A stretch of DNA of 50,972 bases from Planctomycetota bacterium (GTDB lineage Bacteria; Planctomycetota; UBA1135), in assembly GCA_027020785.1 (NCBI GenBank), contig JALUVI010000069.1, positions 1 to 50,972 of the forward strand. Reading direction: 5' to 3'. The notes beneath the pieces were generated by a model that searched no databases, was not told the origin of the DNA, and saw only the letters and a list, made by a program, of their open reading frames with translations. A program made the position numbers and the translations under genes. Every line of letters starts with the position of its first letter. The first letter of the stretch is position 1. Shown here in pieces: positions 8,432 to 17,450 of this stretch.

Positions 8432-9512
8432 GGTCGAGGCGCAGCACGCGCCCGCCGGAGCCGGCCAGCCAGCCGGCTTCAGCGGTGTGGAAGCCGGACA
8501 CCGGACTCCCGTCCGAGTCGAGGAGCGGGCGCCACGTCCGCCCGCCGTCCTCGCTGACGTCGGTGCCGTTCGGGCCGGTGGCGAGGAAGACGCCGGCCTC
8601 GGCCCACCAGCACGCGCCGGAGCGGTAGCCGCCGGGCGGGACCTCGGCAGGGCTCCAGGTCCGCCCGCCGTCCTCGGTCCAGGCCGCGGTGGCGGCGCGG
8701 TCGTCGGGGCGACGCCAGTCGCCGCCCACCGCGACCCCGCGTCGCTCGTCGCGAAAGGCCAGGGCGAAGACGCCAGCCGAACCCTCTCCCCCGCCTCCGG
8801 ATCGGGTCAGCGGCGTCTCGGCGGCGGTCCAGGTGCGACCGCCGTCCTCGCTGCGCCAGACCCGGGCCACGGCGCCGCCGGTGCCGAGCCAGGCCAAGCC
8901 GCCGGGGGCGACGCGGAGCGACGAGCCGCTGGCGGCGAACACGTACTCGCCGGTCACCGGCGCAGGCAGCTCGTCGCCCGGGCCGACCCGGATCCAGGTC
9001 CGGCCGCCGTCCTCGGTCCGGGCCAGGAACAGCGCGCCGCCGACCGGGTCGCCGACCAGGAGGCCGTGCTGCCGGTCCCAGAAGGCGACGTCGTCCCAGA
9101 AGCCGTCGGGGTCTGCGTTGCGAGCCAGGGCGGTCCAGGTCCGGCCGGCGTCGGTGGTGCTCCACAGGCCGGAAGCGGCGCCAGGGCCGGCGGCGAGGGC
9201 GCAGGCGTTCCTCGCGTCCCAGGCCACGACGTCGCGGAAGTCGAGCTCGGCGCCGCCCGGAGGGGGCGGCAGCCGACGCCAGGTGCGCCCTCCGTCCTCC
9301 GTCAGGACGAGCGTACCGCCGCTGCCCGAGGCCCAGGCGACGACTGGACGGGGTACGGAGAGACCTCGAAAGGAGGCGCTGCCTCCCGGAGCGACGTCCG
9401 GCGTCGGCCGGGGGGCGCCATCCGGGAGGCGACAGGCGGCCACCGCGGCGCAGGAGAGGGCGAGGAGGCCGACCCCTCGCCGTCCCCGGCGCCGCCGGGC
9501 GGTGGGGATCAC
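8406..9512 (-). CDS. BNR/Ycf48-like beta-propeller lipoprotein
   Basis: Repeated (S/T)xDGGRTW motifs (at least 6 copies) in ORF 8406..9902. I prefer the GTG start at 9512 (VIPTARRRRGRRGVGLLALSCAAVAAC, signal plus lipobox), which overlaps the upstream stop as GTGA. Confidence 0.7.
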   Translation of the reverse strand: MIPTARRRRGRRGVGLLALSCAAVAACRLPDGAPRPTPDVAPGGSASFRGLSVPRPVVAWASGSGGTLVLTEDGGRTWRRLPPPPGGAELDFRDVVAWDARNACALAAGPGAASGLWSTTDAGRTWTALARNADPDGFWDDVAFWDRQHGLLVGDPVGGALFLARTEDGGRTWIRVGPGDELPAPVTGEYVFAASGSSLRVAPGGLAWLGTGGAVARVWRSEDGGRTWTAAETPLTRSGGGGEGSAGVFALAFRDERRGVAVGGDWRRPDDRAATAAWTEDGGRTWSPAEVPPGGYRSGACWWAEAGVFLATGPNGTDVSEDGGRTWRPLLDSDGSPVSGFHTAEAGWLAGSGGRVLRLDPTRAARSR

Positions 9513-9709
9513 TCGCCGAGCGAGGGGAAGTCCCGGTCCATGACGGTCTTGCGACCGTCCTTCTGGGCGTTCTGCATGGCCTGCTGGCACAGCTGCTTCA
9601 CGAGCTGCGAAAGGCGGGGGGCGACGTTGCCGGAGGTGTTCATGCCAGAGCTCTCCTTGATGTAGGTCTTCACCTTGCTCTGGACGACGAGGATGTCCTT
9701 GTCTGCCAT
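9509..9709 (-). CDS. bacterial histone-fold protein (singlet, 66 aa; DUF1931 / Bdellovibrio HBb-like)
   Basis: MADKDILVVQSKVKTYIKESSGMNTSGNVAPRLSQLVKQLCQQAMQNAQKDGRKTVMDRDFPSLGE. The helix-loop-long helix-loop layout and the DGRKTV(M/K)xxD motif are histone-fold hallmarks. An in-frame GTG at 9769 would add a 20-aa N-terminal tail. Confidence 0.7.
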   Translation of the reverse strand: MADKDILVVQSKVKTYIKESSGMNTSGNVAPRLSQLVKQLCQQAMQNAQKDGRKTVMDRDFPSLGE

Positions 9710-9790
9710 GGAATCGTGGTTCGGTGTGAACGCGCCGCTGGCGCGAGGGAGTGGAGGGAGGCGGCGCACCGCATCCCGAGAGACGGGCCG

Positions 9791-9796
9791 AGTCTA
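9791..9796 (-). promoter_or_regulatory. -10-like box TAGACT upstream of the histone-fold gene
   Basis: The reverse complement reads GCCGCTAGACTCGGCC. It implies a 5' UTR of about 75 nt to ATG 9709, or about 15 nt to GTG 9769. Confidence 0.35.
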
Positions 9797-9841
9797 GCGG
9801 CCCGAGGGGTCCGGAGAGGGCGGAACGGCCGGGAAACGGCC

Positions 9842-9871
9842 GGAGAGGCCCCGGAAGACCGGGACCTCTCC
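9842..9871 (-). terminator. GC-rich hairpin downstream of the DUF4382-like gene
   Basis: GGAGAGGCCCCGG-AAGA-CCGGGACCTCTCC forms 12 bp with one mismatch and a 4-nt loop. It lies 36 nt after the stop at 9907. The U-tract is weak. Confidence 0.5.
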
Positions 9872-9906
9872 TCGCATGCGTGCGCAAGCACTTGTGGACC
9901 AAGGAC

Positions 9907-11610
9907 TTACTTCACGCGAACCTCGAGCTCCCAGACGATCGGGTCGCCGCCGGAAGCGTCTCCGATGCCCTTGGCGCGCTCGACTTCGAGCTCCTCGCCC
10001 GGACCGAGGCCGGAAAGGGCGCTCTGCAGCCCGGAGAGCGTCGTGGTCGAACCCTCCAGCTCCAGGGCCGCGCCCGAGGCGACCGCGAAGGTCTCGGTCC
10101 CGGCGATGGCGACCCCCCAGGGATCGTCCACGTCGCTGACCTGGATCGTGATCGTTCCGGCTCCCGGGGACACGGCGACCAGGGTGCCCTGCACGCGTCC
10201 GGGCTTCACCTTGAACTTGGTGGCCTGGACGGCGGCCGCATTCGGCGGTCCGGAGAGCTGTCCGTGGGCCTCGGCCTTCATCCCGGCGAGGACGTCGTCC
10301 TTCGCCAGGGACGGACGCCCCTCCACGTCCAGGAAGACGTTGGAGGTCCCTGTCAGGTCCACCGTGACCGGAGCGGTGACCTGGCCCGAGGTGACCGCAG
10401 GCTCGTCCGAGTCCAGGGTCAGTTCGAGGGAAGCGGGCAGTCCGGAGTCGTCGGTGATGGTGCCTTCGAACTCGGCTCCCTCGTCGTCGAACTCGATCGT
10501 GGTGCAGAAGAAGGGCTCACTGCCGCTGAAGGCGGGGAATCCGCACTTGACCTTCGCCCCCGGGATCAACTGGGCCACGGTTGCCGAAGCACCGTCCTCG
10601 CCCTCGAACCGAGTGGAGCCGTCCCAGGCGACGGTGATCACGGCGGGGTTGCCGAGCGCGGCCATGGTCCCATGGACGGTCGAAGAGCCGCGGTCCACGC
10701 GGGTCCACAGCAGCTCGAAGGTCTCGGCGCCGGAATCCACCGACAGCACCTGACCGCGCAACCGGTAGGGCTCGCTGGAGACGTCCTCGATCTCGACCCG
10801 GTCGGCCTGGAAGTTGCCGGCCCGGCCGAGGTAGCCGTGGACCTCGACCTCGGCGCCGATCCGCAGCGCGGCGAAGAAGGCGGTGGTCCCGGCGAGGGCC
10901 CGACCATCGTCGAGCAGGACGTCGGAGTCGTCCACCACGACGTGCACCTCGCCGAAACCAGAGCCGGAGTCGTCCATCACCATGCACTCGAAGGTGTTGG
11001 AGGTCGGGTCCATCTCGGTGACCCGGCCATGGAACTCGTCGAAGCCCGAGTCGTCGGGGAACTCGTGCTCGCAACGGATCTTCAGGGCGAAGCGCTTGCC
11101 CCCGGGATTGGTGGTGTCGTCCGAGAGGGTCTGGTCGAGCGGGACGTCCACCAGGATGCGCTCGAAACCGGAACCGACGACCAGCGGCGATTCGCCGAGG
11201 TCGGAGAACAGGCAGTCGTCCTGACTGCGGTCCACGACCACGGGGACCACGCCGCCGGCCTTGGCGACGACCCGGACCGAAGCCGGATCGATGCGCAACC
11301 GGACCCCGGTGTAGGTGCCGTCGGGGACGTCCGCCATCCGCAACAGCGAGCGGGTGGACGCCAGCGAGATGAAGTCGAAGGTCCGCGGCACCTGCAGCAG
11401 GTTGCCGGTGGCCGAGCCGTCGGGGCGCAGCAGACGCAGGTCCACGACGTCGGCCATGACCGCGGCCAGGCCGTCGGTCGGGGCGTCCGAGATCAGGAAC
11501 CCGACGTCGTCGCCGGAGCCGGAACTGGAGTCGTCTCCGCCGCCGCCGCAGGAAGCCAGGAGGAAGGCGGCGCCGAGGGCGCCGAGGAGGAGGAAGGAGC
11601 GGATTCTCAT
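9907..11610 (-). CDS. lipoprotein with an N-terminal DUF4382-like domain
   Basis: The start at 11610 gives MRIRSFLLLGALGAAFLLASCGG (lipobox). FLISDAP...DLRLL resembles DUF4382 (from memory). The remainder is acidic and rich in beta strands. Confidence 0.65.
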   Translation of the reverse strand: MRIRSFLLLGALGAAFLLASCGGGGDDSSSGSGDDVGFLISDAPTDGLAAVMADVVDLRLLRPDGSATGNLLQVPRTFDFISLASTRSLLRMADVPDGTYTGVRLRIDPASVRVVAKAGGVVPVVVDRSQDDCLFSDLGESPLVVGSGFERILVDVPLDQTLSDDTTNPGGKRFALKIRCEHEFPDDSGFDEFHGRVTEMDPTSNTFECMVMDDSGSGFGEVHVVVDDSDVLLDDGRALAGTTAFFAALRIGAEVEVHGYLGRAGNFQADRVEIEDVSSEPYRLRGQVLSVDSGAETFELLWTRVDRGSSTVHGTMAALGNPAVITVAWDGSTRFEGEDGASATVAQLIPGAKVKCGFPAFSGSEPFFCTTIEFDDEGAEFEGTITDDSGLPASLELTLDSDEPAVTSGQVTAPVTVDLTGTSNVFLDVEGRPSLAKDDVLAGMKAEAHGQLSGPPNAAAVQATKFKVKPGRVQGTLVAVSPGAGTITIQVSDVDDPWGVAIAGTETFAVASGAALELEGSTTTLSGLQSALSGLGPGEELEVERAKGIGDASGGDPIVWELEVRVK

Positions 11611-11710
11611 GGGTGATCGGGGGGTCGGGGCCCATCGGGGGCCCATCCACCCTAGCGGAAATGCGGCCTGCCCATGCCTCACGGATTCGGCCGAGCCTCC
11701 GCCTCCTGGT

Positions 11711-12652
11711 ATGGTCGCACCCATGGACCGCCGCCGCTTCCTGGGTTCCGGCCTCGCCGCCCTCGCCGCTGCGCCGCTGGCGCGCGCCGCCCGCGGGGCC
11801 GCGGCGACCGCCGCCGCCGAAGTCGCCCCGCGGGAGGAGTTCCGCTTGGCCTACGCCCCCCACTTCGGCACGTTCCGCCACCACGCCGGGGACGACCCGG
11901 TGGCGCAGCTGGAATGGGCGCACGACCAGGGTTTCACCGCGTGGGAGGACAACCAGATGGCGCGGCGGCCGGTCGAGGAGCAGGAGCGCATCGCCGCGGC
12001 CATGGAGCGGCTGGGGATGCGGATGGGCGTCTTCGTCGCCAACTTCGGCACCGCCTTCGGCGACCGCAGCTTCGCCTCCGGGCGCGAGGACGCGCGCGAG
12101 GCCTTCCTCGCCGACCTGCGCCAGGCGGTCGAGGTCGCGAAGCGGGTGAACGCGACCTGGGCCACCATCGTGCTCGGCACCGCCGACCCGAGGCTGCCGC
12201 AGGGCCTGCAGGACGCCCACGCCGTCGAGACCCTGAAGCGCGGCGCCGGGCTGTGCGAGGAGGCCGGGCTGGTCCTGGTGATGGAGCCGCTGAACCCGCG
12301 CGACCATCCCGGCATGTTCCTGGTCCGCTCGGACCATGCCTATGCCCTGTGCAAGGCGGTGGCTTCGCCGTCGGTCAAGATCCTGTTCGACCTCTACCAT
12401 CAGCAGGTCAGCGAGGGCAACCTGATCCCGAACCTGCGCCGCTTCGGCGACGAGATCGCCTACTACCAGATCGGCGACAACCCCGGGCGCAACGAACCGG
12501 GCACCGGCGAAGTGAACTACCGCAACGTCTTCGCCGCCATCCACGAAACCGGATACGACGGCGTGCTCGGCATGGAGCACGGCAACTCGGCGGCCGGCCG
12601 CGAGGGCGAACTCGCCGTGGTCGAAGCCTACCGATGGGCCGATTCGTTCTGA
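11711..12652 (+). CDS. xylose-isomerase-like TIM-barrel protein (hydroxypyruvate isomerase family) with a Tat signal
   Basis: MDRRRFLGSGLAALAAAPLARA is a twin-arginine signal. Family-typical motifs are VMEPLN, FDLYHQQ and MEHG. The start is 11711 or 11723. Confidence 0.75.
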   Translation: MVAPMDRRRFLGSGLAALAAAPLARAARGAAATAAAEVAPREEFRLAYAPHFGTFRHHAGDDPVAQLEWAHDQGFTAWEDNQMARRPVEEQERIAAAMERLGMRMGVFVANFGTAFGDRSFASGREDAREAFLADLRQAVEVAKRVNATWATIVLGTADPRLPQGLQDAHAVETLKRGAGLCEEAGLVLVMEPLNPRDHPGMFLVRSDHAYALCKAVASPSVKILFDLYHQQVSEGNLIPNLRRFGDEIAYYQIGDNPGRNEPGTGEVNYRNVFAAIHETGYDGVLGMEHGNSAAGREGELAVVEAYRWADSF

Positions 12653-12704
12653 TTCCGTTCATGAACCCAGAGGGGAATCGTTTCCGCAGGCCGGGAGCTC
12701 GCGC

Positions 12705-12710
12705 TAGACT
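12705..12710 (+). promoter_or_regulatory. -10-like box TAGACT, 7 nt upstream of GTG 12718
   Basis: GCGCTAGACTGGTCGGCGTG. Confidence 0.4.
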
Positions 12711-12717
12711 GGTCGGC

Positions 12718-13389
12718 GTGACCCGACGCGCTCTCCTCGTCGCCCTGGCGCCGCTGCTGGCGGCCTGCGCCGCCCCCTCCATGGACGTGACCGTCGAGGC
12801 CTGGGGCGACGGCGATGCGGTCCGGGCCGCTGGGGCCTACGCACGCGACCCCCAGGTCATCGTGACGGACCCGAAACACCGCGCCGTCCTGGCCCTGGTC
12901 GAGGAATCGCTCCAGGAGGTCGGCCTCGAGCGGGCCGAAGCGGCGGCGCCCGACGTGCTGCTCCTGTCGGCCTCGGTGCGCACCGAGGAGAGCGACCTCT
13001 ACGTCCCGCCCAGCGTCGAGACCCATCCGGTGTGGTACCCCGGGCGCACCCGCCGCTACCGCATCGTCGAGGACGGCACGGTGCGCTGGGTCACGGTCCA
13101 CGAACCCGGCGACTGGGTCTCCCATACCTGGACCCGCCCCGGCTACGTGGTCCACCGCTACCGCCACGAGCTCGAGGTCGCCCTCGTGAAGAGCGACTCG
13201 ACCCCGTGGCGGGAGACGGTGTGGCGGGGACGCGCGGAAGGCCTGTCGCCGAACCCCGACCCGCTCCACTTCGCCCGGCTGGTCCTGCCGCTGCTGATGG
13301 AGGGCTTCCCCGACCGTCAGGGCGCGCGCCGCCTCACCCTGACCCTGGAAGCGCCGCCCGCGGCCGCCGCCACCGCGGCCGCCCCATGA
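12718..13389 (+). CDS. hypothetical lipoprotein
   Basis: VTRRALLVALAPLLAACAAP (lipobox) within ORF 11674..13389. An alternative ATG is at 12661. Its stop overlaps the next start as ATGA. Confidence 0.55.
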   Translation: MTRRALLVALAPLLAACAAPSMDVTVEAWGDGDAVRAAGAYARDPQVIVTDPKHRAVLALVEESLQEVGLERAEAAAPDVLLLSASVRTEESDLYVPPSVETHPVWYPGRTRRYRIVEDGTVRWVTVHEPGDWVSHTWTRPGYVVHRYRHELEVALVKSDSTPWRETVWRGRAEGLSPNPDPLHFARLVLPLLMEGFPDRQGARRLTLTLEAPPAAAATAAAP

Positions 13390-14783
13390 CCCGCCCGACC
13401 CGCGTCCTCCTGGTCGGCGACCTCCACCTCGGCCTGCGGCCGCGCCGCCTGCCCGAGCGCGCAGCCGACGCCGACCGACTCGGACCGCGCGAAGCCCTGG
13501 AGCGCATCGTCACGACCGCCCGCGCGCTCGACGTGGACGCCGTCGCCTTCGCCGGCGACCTGATCCATCACCTGGAGGACCGCTTCGAAGCCCTGGGGCC
13601 CCTGAAGGGGGCGTGCCAGCGACTGGCGGAGCGCGGCGTCGTGGCGCTCGCGGTCGCCGGCAACCACGACGCCGTCGCCCTGAATCGCGTCGCCGGACTG
13701 CTCGGCGGCGAGGCCCTCCACGTCCTCGGCGCCGACGGCGGCTGGGAGGCGCGTTCCCTGGAACCGGAGGGCGCGACGGCACTGGAGTTCGTCGGCCGCT
13801 CCTTCGTCCGCGAGCACGAGACCGCGGACCCGATGGCTGCGTTCCCCGAGGCCCTCCGTGGGCCGACCTCGCCCGAGGGCCGGGTCCGCATCGGTCTGCT
13901 CCACACCCAGTTGGACGCCGCCGACGCCCCCTATGCTCCGACCACCCGTGCCGCCCTGGAGGCCACCGGCATGCCCTGGTTCCTGGGGCACGTCCACGAC
14001 CCCTCTCCCCTGTCCGGGTCCCGTCCGGTCGGCTACCTCGGTTCGGCCACCGCGTTGGCCGCCGACGAGTGTGGAGCGCGCGGCCCCTGGCTGGCCACGG
14101 TCGGCCCCGAGGGGTTGCGCGACCTGGTCCAACTGCCCCTGGCGCCGTTGCGTCGGGAACGGCTGGAACTCGACGTCGGCGTGCTGGAGGAGGCCGCCGA
14201 CCCGGTAGCGGAACTGGAGGCCCTGGTGGAGGAAGGGGCGACCCGGATCCTCGAGGCCATCGGCGCGGAAGGGCGCGCGACGATGCAGCGCCTGCTCGAC
14301 GTCGCCCCCGAGGCGGGCTCACTCGAGGAGGCGACCCTCGGCCCCCGCGCGGTCGGCCTGCGCCTGCGCCTGGTCGGCCGGACCCGCCACGCCGTCCGGC
14401 TGCGCGATGCCCTGGAGGCCCAGGGGTCGCTCCGGGAGTACGCCACCCATGGAGGAGGGATCCAGGCCTGGATCCAGAAGGTCGAGGTCGCCTTCGCGCG
14501 GAGCCACGACCTCGAGGAGTTGGCGCGCGGGAACGACCCCATCGCTCTGCTGGCGCGCAAGCTCCTCGCCATCGAGAGCGGCGACGCCGAGGCCGGCGAG
14601 CTGGTCGCCGGCGTCCTGGCCACGCGCCGCGGCGGGTTCGCCCGAGCCTGGCTCGACGCGCTGCCCCGCGGCGAGGGCGACGAACCGGTGGACGTCGAGG
14701 AGGAACTCCGGTCCGCCCTGCTCGAGGCGGGGCAGGAAGCCCTCGACGCGCTGCTGGCCCAGCGCGAGGAGGCCGCGGCATGA
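13386..14783 (+). CDS. SbcD/Mre11-like metallophosphoesterase (YhaO-like)
   Basis: Calcineurin-like motifs VLLVGDLHLG, FAGDL, AGNHD and GHVH. The long C-terminal extension is typical of the YhaO type. Confidence 0.8.
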   Translation: MTRPTRVLLVGDLHLGLRPRRLPERAADADRLGPREALERIVTTARALDVDAVAFAGDLIHHLEDRFEALGPLKGACQRLAERGVVALAVAGNHDAVALNRVAGLLGGEALHVLGADGGWEARSLEPEGATALEFVGRSFVREHETADPMAAFPEALRGPTSPEGRVRIGLLHTQLDAADAPYAPTTRAALEATGMPWFLGHVHDPSPLSGSRPVGYLGSATALAADECGARGPWLATVGPEGLRDLVQLPLAPLRRERLELDVGVLEEAADPVAELEALVEEGATRILEAIGAEGRATMQRLLDVAPEAGSLEEATLGPRAVGLRLRLVGRTRHAVRLRDALEAQGSLREYATHGGGIQAWIQKVEVAFARSHDLEELARGNDPIALLARKLLAIESGDAEAGELVAGVLATRRGGFARAWLDALPRGEGDEPVDVEEELRSALLEAGQEALDALLAQREEAAA

Positions 14784-17443
14784 GGTTCCTCGGTGCCGAG
14801 GTCGCTTCGGCGCACGACCTGCCCCACCCGTTCGGGTTCGCCGACCTGCCGGAGGGAGCCGTCGTCGTCGTCCACGGACCCAACGCCGCCGGCAAGAGCA
14901 CCCTGCTCGCGACCCTGCGCGCCTGCCTGTGGCCGGAGCTCGAGCCGCCTACGGACAAGCGCAAGAAGGCTCCGCTCGCAGCCCGCGGCGTGCGTGCGCG
15001 CATCGTGCTGGAACTGGCGGGGAGGCCCTGGGAAGTGCGCATCGAGGACGGTCGGCGCCGGGTGCTCGACGGGTTCCCGGCCGACCGGTTGCCGCCGGCC
15101 TCCCTGGCGCCGTGCTACCACCTGTCGCTGCGCGACCTGTTCGGTTGGGAGTCGGATGCGCCGCTCGCGGACCGGCTGCGGCGGGCCTGGGCCGGCGGGC
15201 TCGACCTCGACCGCATCCGCAAGGAGCGCTTCGACCACAAGTGGCCCCGCGACGACGCACGGAGGGCCCGAGAGGCGCGCGCCGCCGTCGTCGCGGCGAA
15301 GGACCGCCTCGCGAAGCTGGCGCACGACCTCGAGGAGCTCGAGGACGGCAGCCTGCAGCGCGCTCTGGAGGAGGCCCGACGTCGGGAGCGGCTGCACGAC
15401 GCCCTGACGCGGCGGGCGCAGGAGGTGCGCTCAGCCGCCCGGAAGGCCGCCGCCCTGGGCGGAGAGGCGCGGCGGCTGCGCAGCGAGGCCGACGCCGCCG
15501 CTGCGGCGGTCGGCGCGCCCCCGGAGTGGAACGACGTCTGGCAGGAATGGCTCGGCTCGGCCCGGGCCCGCCGCGAGGGCCTCGACGAGCACGACAAGGC
15601 CGTCGCCGCGGCTCGAGCCCGGGTCGCCGAAGCGGTGGCGGCGCTGCGCGGCGAGGCGCCGGACGACGCCGAACTGCCCGCGCCCGAGGTCCTGGCGGCG
15701 CTGGATCGCGAACTCGAAGCCTTCGCCGAGGCGCGGGCGCGGGCGCAGGCCGCCGCCGCCGAGCGGGAGGCGCTGGAGGCCTCGGTTCCCGCGGCGCGAG
15801 CGGACGCCGATGGGGAAGGCGGCCCCGCCGAAGCGGACCGAGACGGGGTCGCGCGCCTGCTGGAGCTCGCGGTGCGGGAGCACGTGCGCGCCGAGCAGGA
15901 CGCTGGCCCCCCCTCCGGGGCCGCCCGGCGTCGGATCGCGGTGGGCGCCGTGCTCCTGGTGGCCGGCGCCGCCCTCCTGCTCCCGGCCCTCGGGGTCGGG
16001 GGGCCAACGTCGGTGGCCGGACTCGTCGTCGCCACCCTGGCCGCCGTTTGGCTCGTCCTGCGCGGAGGGCGCGCGGGCGACGCCGAGGCGGAGGCGAAGT
16101 CGTGCACGAACACGGCGATCCGCTTGCGTCGCGCCCTGGGAGTCGGCGCCGAGGGCGGCGAGGACGAACTCGCCGAGGCCGCCCATGCACTGTGGCGCCG
16201 GGCCGCCGACGCCACCCTGGCGGAGCGCCAGCAGCACGTGGTCAGCGACCGGCTCCGCAAGCTCCGCCAGGCGGAGGAGGCGGCGGAGCGCGAACTGGCC
16301 CGGGCCCGGGACCGGTGGCGCTCCTGGGCCGAGGAGCACGGCTTCGTCGCCGGCGATGCGCCACTCGCCGTGGCCGAGTGGTTGCGCCGACTCGACGCCC
16401 TGCGGCAGGCGAGGAGCGGACTCCGCGAGGCCGAGGCGCGGCGCGCCGCCGCCGCCGATGCCGCGGCGGACCTGTGGGGGAAGCTCCGCGAGGCGCTCGG
16501 AGGCGCGGAGGATGCCTCACCGGAGATGGTCGAGGCGGCGCTGGCCCGACGCAAGGTGGAACACGAGGCGTGGCGGCAGCGTTCCCGGCGCGCCGAGGAG
16601 GCGGAGGCCCGGGCGGCCCAGGCGGAGGCGAAGTGGGCGGATCTCGAAGCATCGGCCCGCGACCTTCCCGAGGAATTCGGTGATTTTGCCGAATTTTCAT
16701 CCCTGGAGGCGCTAGCCGAGGCCCTCGAGGCCCGTGCCGAGACCCTCGCGGAGGCCGGGAAGCGCTATGCGGAACTCCAGGAGAGGAAGGCCCGGCTGGA
16801 GCGGGATCGGAAGGAGGCGGAGGGGGGACGGGCCCTCGAGGCGGCCGAGGCGGAGGCCGCCCGGCTGGAGGGCGAGGTCACCGAGGAGGCGCGGCGCGTG
16901 CTCCGCGCCGAGGCAGGCGCCCTGCTCCTCGAGCGGGTCGCCACGGACTACGAGCGCGACAACCGGCCCCGGGTGATCGCGCTGGCCGACGAGTTCACCC
17001 GGCGCTTCACCCGGGACCGCTACGGGCTCACCTTCGAGACGCGCGACGGCGGTGTGCCCGTCGCCCTGGACCTGGCCCGCGGCGGCGTCGTGGTCCCCCT
17101 CGAAGCGCTCTCCGACGGGACGCGGGCCCAGGTCCTCTTCGCCCTGCGACTGGCCTTCGTCGCCGCCCAGGAGGAGGAGGTCGGGGTCGAGCCGGCGCCG
17201 CTGTTCCTGGACGAGGTGCTGTCCACCGCCGACCCGGAGCGGTTCCGCGCCGTGGCCGAGGCGGTGGCCACGGAGGCGCGGAGCGGGCGGCAGGTGTTCT
17301 ATGCCACCGCGAACCCGAGCGACCTGGCCGTCTGGCGTGACACGGCCGCGACGGTCGGCGCCGAGCTCGCCGAGGTCGAGATCCCCCACCCGACCCGCGC
17401 GCGGGAGCCGCGCGCGGGCGGTGAGGGAGCGGGCGCTTCCTGA
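14780..17443 (+). CDS. SbcC/Rad50-like AAA ATPase with long coiled coils (YhaN-like)
   Basis: Walker A GPNAAGKST at the N-terminus. Signature LSDGTRAQV and Walker B LFLDEV at the C-terminus. Between them lies an Ala/Arg/Glu-rich coiled coil, with two hydrophobic segments (about 15937-16068) near the middle. Confidence 0.8.
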   Translation: MRFLGAEVASAHDLPHPFGFADLPEGAVVVVHGPNAAGKSTLLATLRACLWPELEPPTDKRKKAPLAARGVRARIVLELAGRPWEVRIEDGRRRVLDGFPADRLPPASLAPCYHLSLRDLFGWESDAPLADRLRRAWAGGLDLDRIRKERFDHKWPRDDARRAREARAAVVAAKDRLAKLAHDLEELEDGSLQRALEEARRRERLHDALTRRAQEVRSAARKAAALGGEARRLRSEADAAAAAVGAPPEWNDVWQEWLGSARARREGLDEHDKAVAAARARVAEAVAALRGEAPDDAELPAPEVLAALDRELEAFAEARARAQAAAAEREALEASVPAARADADGEGGPAEADRDGVARLLELAVREHVRAEQDAGPPSGAARRRIAVGAVLLVAGAALLLPALGVGGPTSVAGLVVATLAAVWLVLRGGRAGDAEAEAKSCTNTAIRLRRALGVGAEGGEDELAEAAHALWRRAADATLAERQQHVVSDRLRKLRQAEEAAERELARARDRWRSWAEEHGFVAGDAPLAVAEWLRRLDALRQARSGLREAEARRAAAADAAADLWGKLREALGGAEDASPEMVEAALARRKVEHEAWRQRSRRAEEAEARAAQAEAKWADLEASARDLPEEFGDFAEFSSLEALAEALEARAETLAEAGKRYAELQERKARLERDRKEAEGGRALEAAEAEAARLEGEVTEEARRVLRAEAGALLLERVATDYERDNRPRVIALADEFTRRFTRDRYGLTFETRDGGVPVALDLARGGVVVPLEALSDGTRAQVLFALRLAFVAAQEEEVGVEPAPLFLDEVLSTADPERFRAVAEAVATEARSGRQVFYATANPSDLAVWRDTAATVGAELAEVEIPHPTRAREPRAGGEGAGAS

Positions 17444-17450
17444 CCCGGGG

